The notes under the pieces: model-generated | Seen by the model: only the letters and a program-made list of their open reading frames with translations | Database searches by the model: none | Told to the model about the DNA's origin: nothing | Shown: positions 27,605 to 37,611 of the stretch, one piece after another | How positions within the stretch are numbered: position 1 is the first letter of the stretch | Layout: every line of letters starts with the position of its first letter | Position numbers and translations under genes: made by a program | Assembly: GCA_003648815.1 (NCBI GenBank) | Contig: QMPZ01000003.1 | Coordinates: 1 to 39,511 of the forward strand | From: Candidatus Aerophobota bacterium | Lineage (GTDB): Bacteria; Aerophobota; Aerophobia; Aerophobales; B47-G16 | Length of the DNA stretch: 39,511 bases | Direction: 5' to 3'

Positions 27605-29288
27605 CCTACAGATCGTTCATCATCAGGAATTTGCTGAGCAGGCGAGAAAGGAACAGATAAAGGTAATCCAGACCTTACCGGAAAGGGGAACAATCTATGA
27701 TCGCAACTTAGAGAAGCTGGCCGTCAACATTCCCTCCTATTCTCTTTACGCTCGTCCTGAAAGAATCTCAGATCCGCAAAAAGTAGCTCAGGAGCTCTCA
27801 GCTATATTAGATATGAAGAATTCAGAGCTGCTAAGAAAACTGCAAAGAGAAAAGGTCTTTGTCTGGCTCAAGAGAAAACTCTCTCCTGCTCAAAGAAAAA
27901 AAATCGAAAGCCTTCGTATCTCAGGAATAGGATTTATAGAGGAAAGCAAAAGGTTCTATCCTCAAAGGAAGCTTGCTTCTCATATCCTGGGTTTTGTGGG
28001 AATAGACAATCAGGGATTAGCCGGGGTGGAGTTTTCCTACAACAGAGAACTTGAGGGAAAAAGAGGGCGTTTCTGGGTAAAGAAAGATGCGCTGGGTTAT
28101 GAAATTCCATTCACCAGAAGAATAATTCAGCCTTTAATACCTGGCAGCGATCTGGTTCTAACCATAGATGCCATTATCCAATCCATCGTGGAAGAGGAAA
28201 TATCCACCGCCCTTTCTCAAACAAAGGCTAAGTCCGTGGAGGCCCTCTTTATGGATCCTCGAACAGGAGAGATTTTAGCTCTTGCAAACAAACCGGATTA
28301 CGATCCAAACTATTATCTTAAGTATCCTCCCTCGGCGAGGAAAAACAGAATAATTCAATCCATCTATGAGCCTGGCTCTACCTTCAAGCCAATCACAGCC
28401 AGTGCTCTTTTGGAAAAGGGGTTAATTGACCCGAAGGACAGAATCTACTGCGATGGCTACATTCAGATAGCTGATCACATCATCCATGACTGGAAGGAGT
28501 TCAACCAGGAGATGAGCTTTGCTGAGATCATACAGAACTCCTCGGATGTGGGAATGATTAAAGCAGCCAGGAGAATGAAGGAAAGGGAATTTTATCACTA
28601 CATTCGCCTCTTTGGCTTCGGAAATAAAACGGGGATAGATCTGCCAGGAGAGGAAAGGGGAATTGTAAGGCCATCCTCTTCCTGGTTTGGCAGCGACTTT
28701 GCCTCTATCTCCATTGGTCAGGGTATAGCCGTCACTCCCCTCCAAATGGTTACCGCTCTGTGTGCCCTTATAAATGGAGGGAGTCTTCTTAGGCCCTACG
28801 TGGTTAAATATATACGTAGCCCAGAAGGACAGATAATCAAGGAGAACAAACCGCAGGTGATAAGAAAGGTGATCTCTGCCTCTACTTCCCACAAGATAAG
28901 AAAGATGCTGGAGAAAGTGGTAGAGGAGGGAACAGGAACAAAGGCAAAGGTAGAAGGATACTCCATTGGAGGAAAGACGGGCACAGCCCAGATTCCTGCG
29001 CCTGATGGAAGTGGATATCTTGAGGATGAACATATTGCCTCCTTTATGGGTTTCGCTCCCGTAGGCTCGCCGCAAATTGCTGGAATAGTAATAATCAAAG
29101 AGCCTACGGGAGTCTACTGGGGAGGAGAAATAGCTGCACCTGTTTTTGGGAGGATAATAAAGAGGGTCATGGCCTATCTGAACGTCTCGCCCGAAAAGGA
29201 GTGGAGTATAGCAAAGACAAAGATAAACTGTCCTCCATCCCCAAGTGAATCTAAACAAATAGATTTAGGAGGAAGTTCGATAAATTGA
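27516..29288 (+). CDS. ftsI: Class B penicillin-binding protein (FtsI/PBP3-like)
   Basis: RGTIYDRN, RFYP, YEPGSTFK (SxxK), SSD, GKTGTAQ; AGGAGG before a TTG start. Confidence 0.93.
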   Translation: MAGKEMRIRARTPLILILLLFVLIEVRLFDLQIVHHQEFAEQARKEQIKVIQTLPERGTIYDRNLEKLAVNIPSYSLYARPERISDPQKVAQELSAILDMKNSELLRKLQREKVFVWLKRKLSPAQRKKIESLRISGIGFIEESKRFYPQRKLASHILGFVGIDNQGLAGVEFSYNRELEGKRGRFWVKKDALGYEIPFTRRIIQPLIPGSDLVLTIDAIIQSIVEEEISTALSQTKAKSVEALFMDPRTGEILALANKPDYDPNYYLKYPPSARKNRIIQSIYEPGSTFKPITASALLEKGLIDPKDRIYCDGYIQIADHIIHDWKEFNQEMSFAEIIQNSSDVGMIKAARRMKEREFYHYIRLFGFGNKTGIDLPGEERGIVRPSSSWFGSDFASISIGQGIAVTPLQMVTALCALINGGSLLRPYVVKYIRSPEGQIIKENKPQVIRKVISASTSHKIRKMLEKVVEEGTGTKAKVEGYSIGGKTGTAQIPAPDGSGYLEDEHIASFMGFAPVGSPQIAGIVIIKEPTGVYWGGEIAAPVFGRIIKRVMAYLNVSPEKEWSIAKTKINCPPSPSESKQIDLGGSSIN

Positions 29289-30787
29289 AGCTGAGCAGAC
29301 TCCTCGCTGAGCTCAAGGTGAAGAGATTAAAAGGCAACCTCGACGTGGAGATAAAGGGAGTTGTCTGCGATTCTCGAAAGGTGAAGGAGGGCTACCTTTT
29401 TGTGGCCGTCAGGGGTTTCAGAGAAGACGGCCACCGATTTATCCCCGAGGCGATAAGGAGAGGAGCAAAGGCCATCGTCGTGGAAAGAGAAAATCTGCCA
29501 TCGATATCTGGAAAGGTGGCAGTAGTTGAAGTTCCCTCCTCACGTTCAGCCTTAGCTTGTCTTAGCAGCTGTTTTTATGGATTTCCTTCTCAAAAGCTGA
29601 GGGTGATTGGGGTGACAGGGACTAACGGGAAGACCACCACTGTCTATATGCTCGAGTCCATCCTTAAAAAAGCCGGCTTTCGAGTGGGCAAGATATCTAC
29701 CATCGATTACGACCTGGGAGAGGGAACTAATCCTTCCGCAATCACCACCCCCGAATCACAGGAGCTGCAGATGATGCTGAAGAGGATGGTGGATAAAAAC
29801 ATAGATTATGCGGTGATGGAGGTTTCCTCTCATTCCTTAGTCCTTCGGCGGGTGGAAAAGGTGGAATTTGACTGGGCTGTATTTACTAACCTTTCTCCAG
29901 AACATCTTGATTTTCATCGCAGCCTGGATGAATATCTCAAAGCTAAGTCCCTGCTTTTTGAAGGGCTGGGTAAAGGGGCTAAAAAGAAAGGTCTTAAAGC
30001 CGCCTCAATCAACATAGATGATGCAGCAGGGGATTATATAATGCGTCACACCCATGTCAAGGTCATCACTTACGGGATTAACAAAAAGGCAACGGTGGAA
30101 GGCAAGGTGCTGAAAACAGGCCCGGATGGAACCTCCTTTATCTTAAGAAGTTCAGGGAGGGAGCAAAGGATAAACCTTTTCCTTCCGGGCACTCACAACG
30201 TCTACAACGCCTTGGCCGCTGCATCGGTGATGCTCGAAGAGGGAATAGATCTTGCCTCAGTCAAGAAGGGACTTGAGGAGGTAAGAAAGGTCCCGGGTCG
30301 ACTTGAACCCGTCAAAAATGAACGTGGACTCAAAATATTTGTGGACTATGCACACACCCCGGATGGACTGAGAAACATTCTTCAAACACTCAAAAGGTTC
30401 ACCAAGGGGAACCTTTTGGTGGTATTTGGCTGTGGAGGAGACAGGGACATCACAAAACGGCCCTTGATGGGAAAGATAGCCTTAAAGCTGGCTAACTACT
30501 TTATCCTCACCTCAGACAATCCTCGCAGCGAAGACCCTGAAAAGATCATCTCTCAAATTGAAAAGGGAATAAGAGAGGAGGGAGGAAAAAGGGGGAAGAA
30601 CTACCTTGTTGTGGTAGACCGAAAGGAGGCCATAAAAAAGGCTCTCGAGATGATGGAGAAAGAGGATGTTCTCGTGGTCGCGGGCAAGGGACATGAGAGG
30701 ATGCAGATATTTAAGGACAGGGTAGAGGAGTTTAGCGACGTAGAGGTTATACGTGAGTTGCTCGGAGAAGATAATCTGATAAAATAA
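29285..30787 (+). CDS. murE: UDP-MurNAc-dipeptide--meso-DAP ligase
   Basis: GVTGTNGKTT, MEVSSH, VDYAHTPD, GCGGDRD, DNPR (DAP specificity motif), AGKGHE. Confidence 0.97.
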   Translation: MKLSRLLAELKVKRLKGNLDVEIKGVVCDSRKVKEGYLFVAVRGFREDGHRFIPEAIRRGAKAIVVERENLPSISGKVAVVEVPSSRSALACLSSCFYGFPSQKLRVIGVTGTNGKTTTVYMLESILKKAGFRVGKISTIDYDLGEGTNPSAITTPESQELQMMLKRMVDKNIDYAVMEVSSHSLVLRRVEKVEFDWAVFTNLSPEHLDFHRSLDEYLKAKSLLFEGLGKGAKKKGLKAASINIDDAAGDYIMRHTHVKVITYGINKKATVEGKVLKTGPDGTSFILRSSGREQRINLFLPGTHNVYNALAAASVMLEEGIDLASVKKGLEEVRKVPGRLEPVKNERGLKIFVDYAHTPDGLRNILQTLKRFTKGNLLVVFGCGGDRDITKRPLMGKIALKLANYFILTSDNPRSEDPEKIISQIEKGIREEGGKRGKNYLVVVDRKEAIKKALEMMEKEDVLVVAGKGHERMQIFKDRVEEFSDVEVIRELLGEDNLIK

Positions 30788-30793
30788 AAACAA

Positions 30794-32197
30794 ATGCAGG
30801 AGAGATTCACCTTAGAGGAGATAATCAGAACTGTCCAGGGAAAGCTGATGAGCGGAGGAAAAGCTCATCTTTCCATCCCTCCTGAGAAGATTTGTACCGA
30901 CACTCGTAAGTTGAAAGAAGGTGAGCTCTTCATAGCCCTGGTGGGCGAGCACTTTGACGGGCACAGTTTCGTAAAGGAGGCATGGAAAAAGGGAGCTTGT
31001 GGAGCCATTGTAGCAAAACCAGTCACACCTCCCTCTCCTTCCTTTCCCATCATAAAGGTGGAAAACACCCTCTATGCTTTGCAGGAGCTGGCCAAATTTC
31101 ACCGCCGGCGGCTGCCCTCATCCATCATCGTGGGAATAACAGGAAGCAATGGCAAGACCACGGTGAAGGAGATGAGCTTTGAAATTCTTTCTCGAAAATA
31201 TCATGTCTTGAAATCAGAGGGAAACTTTAACAACCAGATCGGGGTCCCCCTCAGCCTGCTCAAACTCTGCCCTCATCATCAGATAGCAGTCTTAGAGATG
31301 GGGATGAACTTATCAGGAGAAATTGCACGTCTGGCGGAGATAATTCAGCCAGATGTGGGGTTGATCACCAACATCCATCGCTCACATATAGGTCCGCTGG
31401 GAAGCATAGAGGCGATTAAGGAGGCAAAGGCAGAGTTTATTCCTTATCTTAACGAACGAGAGAATAGCTGTTTAGTGCTAAATGGTGATGACCACAAAGT
31501 AAGGGATCTAAGAAAAAGAGCGAGCTGTCGAGTGATTACCTTTGGGGTTAGAAGTGATTGCGATGTTAAAGCTGAGGACGTTCAAGACCATGGAGAGCGA
31601 ATGAGTTTTACCCTGAGCTATGAAAAGGAAAAGATATCTGTTGAACTTCCCATACCTGGACGTCACAACATTTATAATGCCCTGGCATCTTCGGCAGTGG
31701 CTATCATTTTAAAAGTACCACTCGAGCTCATCGCACAAGCACTGTCGGGCTTTAGGCTTCCTCCCTCTCGCTGTCAGATAATCAAGCTGGGAAAATATAA
31801 ACTGATCAACGACTCCTATAACGCTAACCCTGAGTCGATGAAGGAGGCATTAAATCTTTTAAGTAAGCTGGGAGGAAGACGAAAGATAGCCATCCTCGGG
31901 GATATGCTGGAGTTAGGAAAGCAAGCAAGGGCAGCCCATAGGGAAGTAGGAGAAAAGGCGGGGAAGATAGGAATTGATGCCTTATATGTCCTTGGGGAAT
32001 TCTCAAGGGAGGTAGAAGAGGGAGCTAAGGAGATGGGAATGAAGGAGGTCTTTTCCTTTAACGATAAGGATGAGCTTGTAGATGAGTTGATATCTTACCT
32101 TAAGGAAGGGGATTGCCTTCTCGTCAAGGGGTCAAGGAAGATGAAGATGGAGGAAATTGTGGAAAAATTGAAGGAGAGTCTATGCTCTGTTGGATAA
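30794..32197 (+). CDS. murF: UDP-MurNAc-tripeptide--D-Ala-D-Ala ligase
   Basis: GITGSNGKTT, NFNNQIGVP, NDSYNANP, LGDMLELG, VKGSR. Confidence 0.97.
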   Translation: MQERFTLEEIIRTVQGKLMSGGKAHLSIPPEKICTDTRKLKEGELFIALVGEHFDGHSFVKEAWKKGACGAIVAKPVTPPSPSFPIIKVENTLYALQELAKFHRRRLPSSIIVGITGSNGKTTVKEMSFEILSRKYHVLKSEGNFNNQIGVPLSLLKLCPHHQIAVLEMGMNLSGEIARLAEIIQPDVGLITNIHRSHIGPLGSIEAIKEAKAEFIPYLNERENSCLVLNGDDHKVRDLRKRASCRVITFGVRSDCDVKAEDVQDHGERMSFTLSYEKEKISVELPIPGRHNIYNALASSAVAIILKVPLELIAQALSGFRLPPSRCQIIKLGKYKLINDSYNANPESMKEALNLLSKLGGRRKIAILGDMLELGKQARAAHREVGEKAGKIGIDALYVLGEFSREVEEGAKEMGMKEVFSFNDKDELVDELISYLKEGDCLLVKGSRKMKMEEIVEKLKESLCSVG

Positions 32198-33213
32198 GTC
32201 CTTCTTTCATCGTCCGCAGCGGGGGAGCAATTTTACTTTCCTTTATCTTAAGTGTGTGGCTGGGAAAAATTTTCATAAAAAGGTTTAAGGAAAAGGGAGT
32301 TGTCGATTACTTTCGCACCGACAGCCCTTCCGCACATCGTTCCAAAAAGGGCATTCCCACGGGAGGAGGTATATTCATCATCCTCTCCTTAACCCTCAGT
32401 TTCATCATCTTCGCAAACCCAAAAAATGAGCTCATCATCTTAGCCCTTCTGGTAACTTTCTGCTTAGGAGCTGTCGGGTTCTGGGATGACTGGATGAAGA
32501 TATCAAGGAAGAGCTCACAGGGCCTGAAGGCCAAACACAAGTTAGCCATCCAGCTAAGCCTCGCTGCACTAATTTCCCTTTACCTTTTCCTTTGTCCCGA
32601 ATTCGATACCCGGCTTGAGATACCCTTCGCTAAGATCGATCTGGATATAGGATGGATGTATATTCCCTTGATCATGCTCGTGATCACAGGAACCTGTAAT
32701 GCGGTCAATCTCACCGATGGGCTGGATGGATTGGCAGCAGGTTGTCTTATCCTTGCCGGCTCCGTTTACGCCATCTTATCTTACCTTGCCGGAGATGCTA
32801 ACCTTTCCCGTCACTTTGGCATCGCCTACATTCCCGAAGCAAGGGAACTGGCCATCTTCTGGGCAGCGACCATTGGAGCAACTCTGGGATTTTTATGGTA
32901 CAACTGTCATCCAGCCAGAATCTTTATGGGAGATACAGGGGCCCAGGCTTTGGGGGGATTCCTGGGAATTAGTGCTGTCCTCATAAAAAAGGAGATCTTG
33001 TTAATCCTCGTCGGAGGAGTGTTCGTAGTCGAGGCACTCTCGGTGATCCTTCAGGTTGCCTCCTTTAAGCTGAGGAAAAAGAGAGTCCTGAGAATGAGCC
33101 CCCTTCATCACCATTACGAGTTAGAGGGGATGGAGGAACCAAGGATCGTAACCCGCTTCTGGATCTTAGCCGCTCTTTTGGCCCTGGCAGGCTTAAGTAG
33201 CCTGGCCTGGTGA
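32182..33213 (+). CDS. mraY: Phospho-N-acetylmuramoyl-pentapeptide transferase
   Basis: PTGGG, GFWDD, NAVNLTDGLDGL, FMGDTG, SPLHHHYE. ATG at 32182 follows AAGGAG. Confidence 0.97.
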   Translation: MLCWISPSFIVRSGGAILLSFILSVWLGKIFIKRFKEKGVVDYFRTDSPSAHRSKKGIPTGGGIFIILSLTLSFIIFANPKNELIILALLVTFCLGAVGFWDDWMKISRKSSQGLKAKHKLAIQLSLAALISLYLFLCPEFDTRLEIPFAKIDLDIGWMYIPLIMLVITGTCNAVNLTDGLDGLAAGCLILAGSVYAILSYLAGDANLSRHFGIAYIPEARELAIFWAATIGATLGFLWYNCHPARIFMGDTGAQALGGFLGISAVLIKKEILLILVGGVFVVEALSVILQVASFKLRKKRVLRMSPLHHHYELEGMEEPRIVTRFWILAALLALAGLSSLAW

Positions 33214-33274
33214 TGTGAGTGAAGAGAGCAGGGGAAAGGGTGAAGTGTAAAGAGTGAAGGGTAAAGAGTGGGGA
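33212..33274 (+). repeat. Degenerate 7-bp tandem repeat tract
   Basis: GATGTGA GTGAAGA GAGCAGG GGAAAGG GTGAAGT GTAAAGA GTGAAGG GTAAAGA GTGGGGA. Confidence 0.8.
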
Positions 33275-33357
33275 CGGATACAATTTTTGGCTCTACTTGT
33301 GATAGTTTGGGTGCAGATCCCAAAATAATTATAGATTATCGAGTTCAGGTTTAAGAA

Positions 33358-34740
33358 ATGCAGCTGAAGGGGAAAAAGGTGTTGGTTCTGGGAATGGGAG
33401 CAAGTGGAATGGCCGCATCTCGTCTTTTGAAGAGAAAGGGAGCGAGGGTGACCATAGCAGAGAAGCAAGATAGCGAGAAGATGCAGCAGAGAAAAAAAGA
33501 GCTCACCAGAGAGGGAATGAAGGTCATCCTTGGACCTCATTCGATGGAACTACTTCGAGGACAAGAACTCATCATCGTCTCTCCCGGAATTCGCCTGGAT
33601 ATTCCCTTACTTTTGGAGGCACGCCAAAGGAATATCCCCATAATGGGGGAACTGGAGCTTGCCTTTCGCCTCTTAAGGGGATGTTCTCTCGTCGCCATAA
33701 CTGGGACGAACGGCAAGACCACCACCACCGTTCTCACTGGCAAGATCCTGAGAAAAGCGGGAAGGGATGTTGAGCTGGCCGGCAACATAGGTTTTCCCCT
33801 CTCAGAGGTGGTGGGGAAAGAACCCCGGATAATAGTGACCGAGGTAAGCAGTTTTCAACTGGAGACCGCTTGCAAATTCTCACCCTCCATATCCTGCATC
33901 CTGAACATCACTCCTGATCACCTGGACAGACACTCAAATTTTGAGGAATATGTTAAGATAAAGGAAAAGATCTTTCTCCATCAAAAGGAGGGAGATTTTG
34001 CTGTTCTGAACAAGGATGATCCTGTAGTTTTCCCCTTAGCCAGAAAGACAAAGGCGAAAGTAATCTTTTTCAGCCAGAAAGAAAGTTTAAAGGAAGGAAT
34101 TTTCCTCAAAGGAGAAATGATTACGAGAAGACTTGGAAGAGAAGAGGAACTCATCCCCCTGGGGAAGATAAAGCTTTCCGGCTCTCATAACTTAGAGAAC
34201 ATCCTGGCCTCCATAGCCATCTCCTCCCTCTACGGGGTGGAAAAAGAGGTTATAAGAGAGGTACTCGTGGAATTCGAAGGACTTCCTCATCGGACCGAAT
34301 ATGTAGATGAAATTGAAGGGGTCAGGTTCATAAACGACTCCAAAGCCACAAACGTGGATGCGGTTAGAAGGTGCATAGATTCCATCAAGCTCCCCATAAT
34401 CCTAATTATGGGGGGAAAAGATAAGGGAGCCGACTTTTCTTCCCTGAAGGAGAAGATAGCCAGAAGGGTAAAGCTGGCGATTCTGATGGGTGAGGCAAAA
34501 GAAAAGATCAAGACCCAGATCCAACAGGCATGTCCTGTGCTGAAGGTGGAGGGAATGAAAGAAGCGGTGAGGATAGCTTTTGAAAAAGCCCGCAGAGGAG
34601 ATTGTGTCCTGCTTTCCCCGGGCTGTGCCAGCTTTGACCAATTCAGAAATTACAAGGAAAGAGGAAATAACTTCAAGAAAGAGGTGCAAAGGATAAGGGA
34701 GGAAATTGAAAAAAAATATAATCGAGAAAGGAGTCTTTGA
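33358..34740 (+). CDS. murD: UDP-MurNAc-L-Ala--D-glutamate ligase
   Basis: VSPGI, AITGTNGKTT, EVSSFQL, NDSKATN, LSPGCASFDQF. Confidence 0.97.
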   Translation: MQLKGKKVLVLGMGASGMAASRLLKRKGARVTIAEKQDSEKMQQRKKELTREGMKVILGPHSMELLRGQELIIVSPGIRLDIPLLLEARQRNIPIMGELELAFRLLRGCSLVAITGTNGKTTTTVLTGKILRKAGRDVELAGNIGFPLSEVVGKEPRIIVTEVSSFQLETACKFSPSISCILNITPDHLDRHSNFEEYVKIKEKIFLHQKEGDFAVLNKDDPVVFPLARKTKAKVIFFSQKESLKEGIFLKGEMITRRLGREEELIPLGKIKLSGSHNLENILASIAISSLYGVEKEVIREVLVEFEGLPHRTEYVDEIEGVRFINDSKATNVDAVRRCIDSIKLPIILIMGGKDKGADFSSLKEKIARRVKLAILMGEAKEKIKTQIQQACPVLKVEGMKEAVRIAFEKARRGDCVLLSPGCASFDQFRNYKERGNNFKKEVQRIREEIEKKYNRERSL

Positions 34741-35869
34741 TTATCCTCTTCTTCTCATCGTCTTTCTGCTTGTGGGCATAGGACTGATAGCCATCCTCAG
34801 TGCCAGTGCTCCTTATGCATACCTTCGCTACGGAGACCATTATTATTTTCTCAAAAATCAACTAAAGTGGCTAATGATTGGCCTTGCCCTTATGTGGCTT
34901 GCCTCGAGGTTCAACTATCAAAAATACCAACTCCTCTCTATACCCATTCTCTTTCTCACTCTCGCCTTACTCGTTCTGGTTCTTATACCCGGCGTAGGAA
35001 AAGAGATAAGAGGAGTACATCGGTGGATTATCCTGAAAGGATTTACTCTTCAGCCAAGTGAGATAGCTAAAATAGGGATAGTCATCTATCTTTCCTCCTC
35101 CTTGGTTCGAAAAAGGGAGAAAATAAGGAGTTTTTTCAATGGATTTTTACCCTATTTCATCATCATCGGAGTTATCTTTCTCCTGATAGCAGTTGAGCCA
35201 GACCTCGGCACAGCCACAATCATAGCTTTGGTCGCCTTTATCCTCCTTTATGCGGGAGGGGTGAAGGTATCTCATCTATTCTATGCTCTGGTATTATCCT
35301 TGATTCCTCTGTATTTTTTTGTCTTCGAGGTGGGTTACCGAAAAGCTCGCATCATAGGCTTTCTTTATCCTGAGAAACATTCCCAGGGAATAGCCTTTCA
35401 ACCCCTACACTTAAAAATTTCCCTTGGCTCGGGTGGACTCTGGGGACTGGGTCCAGGCCAGGGAAAGGAAAAGCTCTTTTACCTGCCCACCCCTCACACG
35501 GATTCCATTTTCGCCGTAATAGGCGAGGAATTTGGCTTCATAGGAACCAGCGTGGTGGTAATCTTGTTTTTCCTTTTGGCTCTGTGGGGATTTAAGGTCT
35601 TCAAAAGGGCTCCTGACGAACCGGGCAAACTCTTAGCCCTGGGAATGACATGTATGATTTGTGTCCAAGCCTTCATAAATATGGGGGTGGCTACGGTGCT
35701 TCTACCCACTACTGGAACCACCCTTCCTTTTATCAGCTACGGAGGCTCATCTTTGGTGATCAACCTTATAGCCATAGGAATTCTCTTGAGTATATCGAGA
35801 AAGGGGAAGGATAAAGATGTTAGAGGTGGAGATAAAGGCAAGGGTAAGGATAGAGGAGATAGAACATAA
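34706..35869 (+). CDS. ftsW: SEDS peptidoglycan polymerase FtsW
   Basis: RW, QPSEIAK, EPDLGT, YLPTPHTD, GEEFG, LPFISYGGSS. Confidence 0.95.
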   Translation: MKKNIIEKGVFDYPLLLIVFLLVGIGLIAILSASAPYAYLRYGDHYYFLKNQLKWLMIGLALMWLASRFNYQKYQLLSIPILFLTLALLVLVLIPGVGKEIRGVHRWIILKGFTLQPSEIAKIGIVIYLSSSLVRKREKIRSFFNGFLPYFIIIGVIFLLIAVEPDLGTATIIALVAFILLYAGGVKVSHLFYALVLSLIPLYFFVFEVGYRKARIIGFLYPEKHSQGIAFQPLHLKISLGSGGLWGLGPGQGKEKLFYLPTPHTDSIFAVIGEEFGFIGTSVVVILFFLLALWGFKVFKRAPDEPGKLLALGMTCMICVQAFINMGVATVLLPTTGTTLPFISYGGSSLVINLIAIGILLSISRKGKDKDVRGGDKGKGKDRGDRT

Positions 35870-36359
35870 ATTAATCCGGTTGGGAGCAAAACTATTGGAT
35901 GAGGAAGAGCAGAAGGATATCTATTTTTCTCATCCCTGCCGCGATTTCAAAAAGAAAGATGAGGCCTTAAGGGTGCGAAGGGTAAAGGAAGGATATTTTT
36001 TAACTTACAAGGGACCAAAGCTGGACCAGGAGACTAAGACTCGAGAAGAAATACAGATAAAGGTAACTGAGAAGATATTTGACCTCTTGGAAAGGTTGAG
36101 TTTTTCCAAGGTAGAGGAGGTTGACAAGACGAGAAGAGTTTATCGATGGGAGGATTTGGAGATCTGCCTGGACAGGGTAAAGGATCTGGGGGAATTTCTG
36201 GAAATAGAGGGAAAAATGTGGCAGGACAGGGGAAAGATATTCGAGCTTTTGAAAAAGTTGGGTATACCCAAAAAAGAGCTCATCAGAAAGTCCTATCTGG
36301 AGATGCTGGAGGATAAAATAAAATCCATCCCTAAGGATCCTACTAAACCACCAACTTAG
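35817..36359 (+). CDS. cyaB: CYTH domain protein (class IV adenylate cyclase / triphosphate tunnel metalloenzyme)
   Basis: EVEIK (ExExK), DIYFSHPCRDF, ALRVR, LTYKGPK, TREE, LGEFLEIE, RKSYLE. Confidence 0.9.
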   Translation: MLEVEIKARVRIEEIEHKLIRLGAKLLDEEEQKDIYFSHPCRDFKKKDEALRVRRVKEGYFLTYKGPKLDQETKTREEIQIKVTEKIFDLLERLSFSKVEEVDKTRRVYRWEDLEICLDRVKDLGEFLEIEGKMWQDRGKIFELLKKLGIPKKELIRKSYLEMLEDKIKSIPKDPTKPPT

Positions 36360-37578
36360 AGATAATTAGATATATGAATATCGTAAATCCTGCCGCTACG
36401 GGAAGGGTCAACAACCAGGAGACGATGATGTTCCTGATGACCTTAAAGTTGATAGCGCTTATTCCCTTTGCCATTCCTATTCCTATCACCGTTCCCACCG
36501 AGACGTGTGTGGTGGAGACGGGTATACCAATTCGGGAACAGAGAAGCACTACTGTAGCTGCGGAAAATTCCGCCGCAAACCCTCGCGTTGGAGTAACTTG
36601 AGTGATCTTCCTTCCAATGGTCTCTATAACCCGCCAGCCCCAGGTGGAGATACCCACCGCCAGGCCAATTCCACCCATCGCAAGAACCCACATGGGAACG
36701 GGAACCTGCATAGTTACCTTCTGTGTCTCCATTATAGCTATTATGGCTGCAACCGGCCCTACAGCATTAGCCACATCATTAGAGCCCAAAGCAAAGGCCT
36801 CATAGGAAGCACTTAAAACCTGCAGGGGTTTGGAGAGGTTTTCAACCTCTTCATATTCATTATCTTCATCCACAGAATATTTTTTCAGGAAAATGTGGCT
36901 TATCAACGCACCCACCAGGGCTACGCCCACCGACATTCCCAGAACCGAAGGAAAGGGAAGAGAGCCTGAGAAATGCTTCAGTCCTCCGTAAATAAAGGCA
37001 AGACTGAGCACAAATAGAACCATAGCCACGAAGAATGGGCCAATTTTCTTTGCCGAATTGAAGGGTCTGGGAGAATTTAAGATCTTATCCCTGATCAACC
37101 TAAACAAAAGGTAAGCTACGGGAATGCCAGCTACGGGGGAAATGATCCAGCTGGAGATGATGATCGATACTGCCTTCCAGTTTACACCCTTTATACCTGC
37201 TCCTATCAAACCGAAGCCGATTAACGCTCCGACGACGGAATGAGTAGTAGAAACAGGTAGGCCCAGGTAAGTAGCTATGGTGATCCAGATTCCTGCCCCC
37301 AGGAGGACAGCGATCATACCGCTTAGCAGAAGATGGGGATTATGAGCAAAGTTAGCAGGGTTGATTATTCCCTTGCGAATCGTCTCCGTTACATAACCTC
37401 CCGCCAAAACCGCTCCCAGGAAGCTAAATAACGCAGCCACTATGACCGCCCTTCTTAAGGTAAGGGAGCCAGCACCTACCGAGGTTCCCATGGCGTTGGC
37501 TACATCGTTAGCTCCAATGTTAAAGGCCATATAGAGTCCAGCACCTATCGCCGCCAACAGCAGATAAGGCACAATCAT
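36343..37578 (-). CDS. pit: Inorganic phosphate transporter (PiT family)
   Basis: GANDVANAMGTSVG, PVSTTH twice, GSNDVANAVGP. Confidence 0.95.
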   Translation of the reverse strand: MIVPYLLLAAIGAGLYMAFNIGANDVANAMGTSVGAGSLTLRRAVIVAALFSFLGAVLAGGYVTETIRKGIINPANFAHNPHLLLSGMIAVLLGAGIWITIATYLGLPVSTTHSVVGALIGFGLIGAGIKGVNWKAVSIIISSWIISPVAGIPVAYLLFRLIRDKILNSPRPFNSAKKIGPFFVAMVLFVLSLAFIYGGLKHFSGSLPFPSVLGMSVGVALVGALISHIFLKKYSVDEDNEYEEVENLSKPLQVLSASYEAFALGSNDVANAVGPVAAIIAIMETQKVTMQVPVPMWVLAMGGIGLAVGISTWGWRVIETIGRKITQVTPTRGFAAEFSAATVVLLCSRIGIPVSTTHVSVGTVIGIGMAKGISAINFKVIRNIIVSWLLTLPVAAGFTIFIYLIISKLVV

Positions 37579-37611
37579 TGACTTTCCTTCATCTTCTCAA
37601 GATCCAGCATC

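Noticed and set aside
28422-29258. 278-aa minus-strand ORF
   Set aside because: Entirely antisense to ftsI with no recognisable motifs; a shadow ORF.
33212-33274. CRISPR array or MraZ boxes
   Set aside because: The period is 7 bp with no spacers; MraZ boxes have a 10-bp period.
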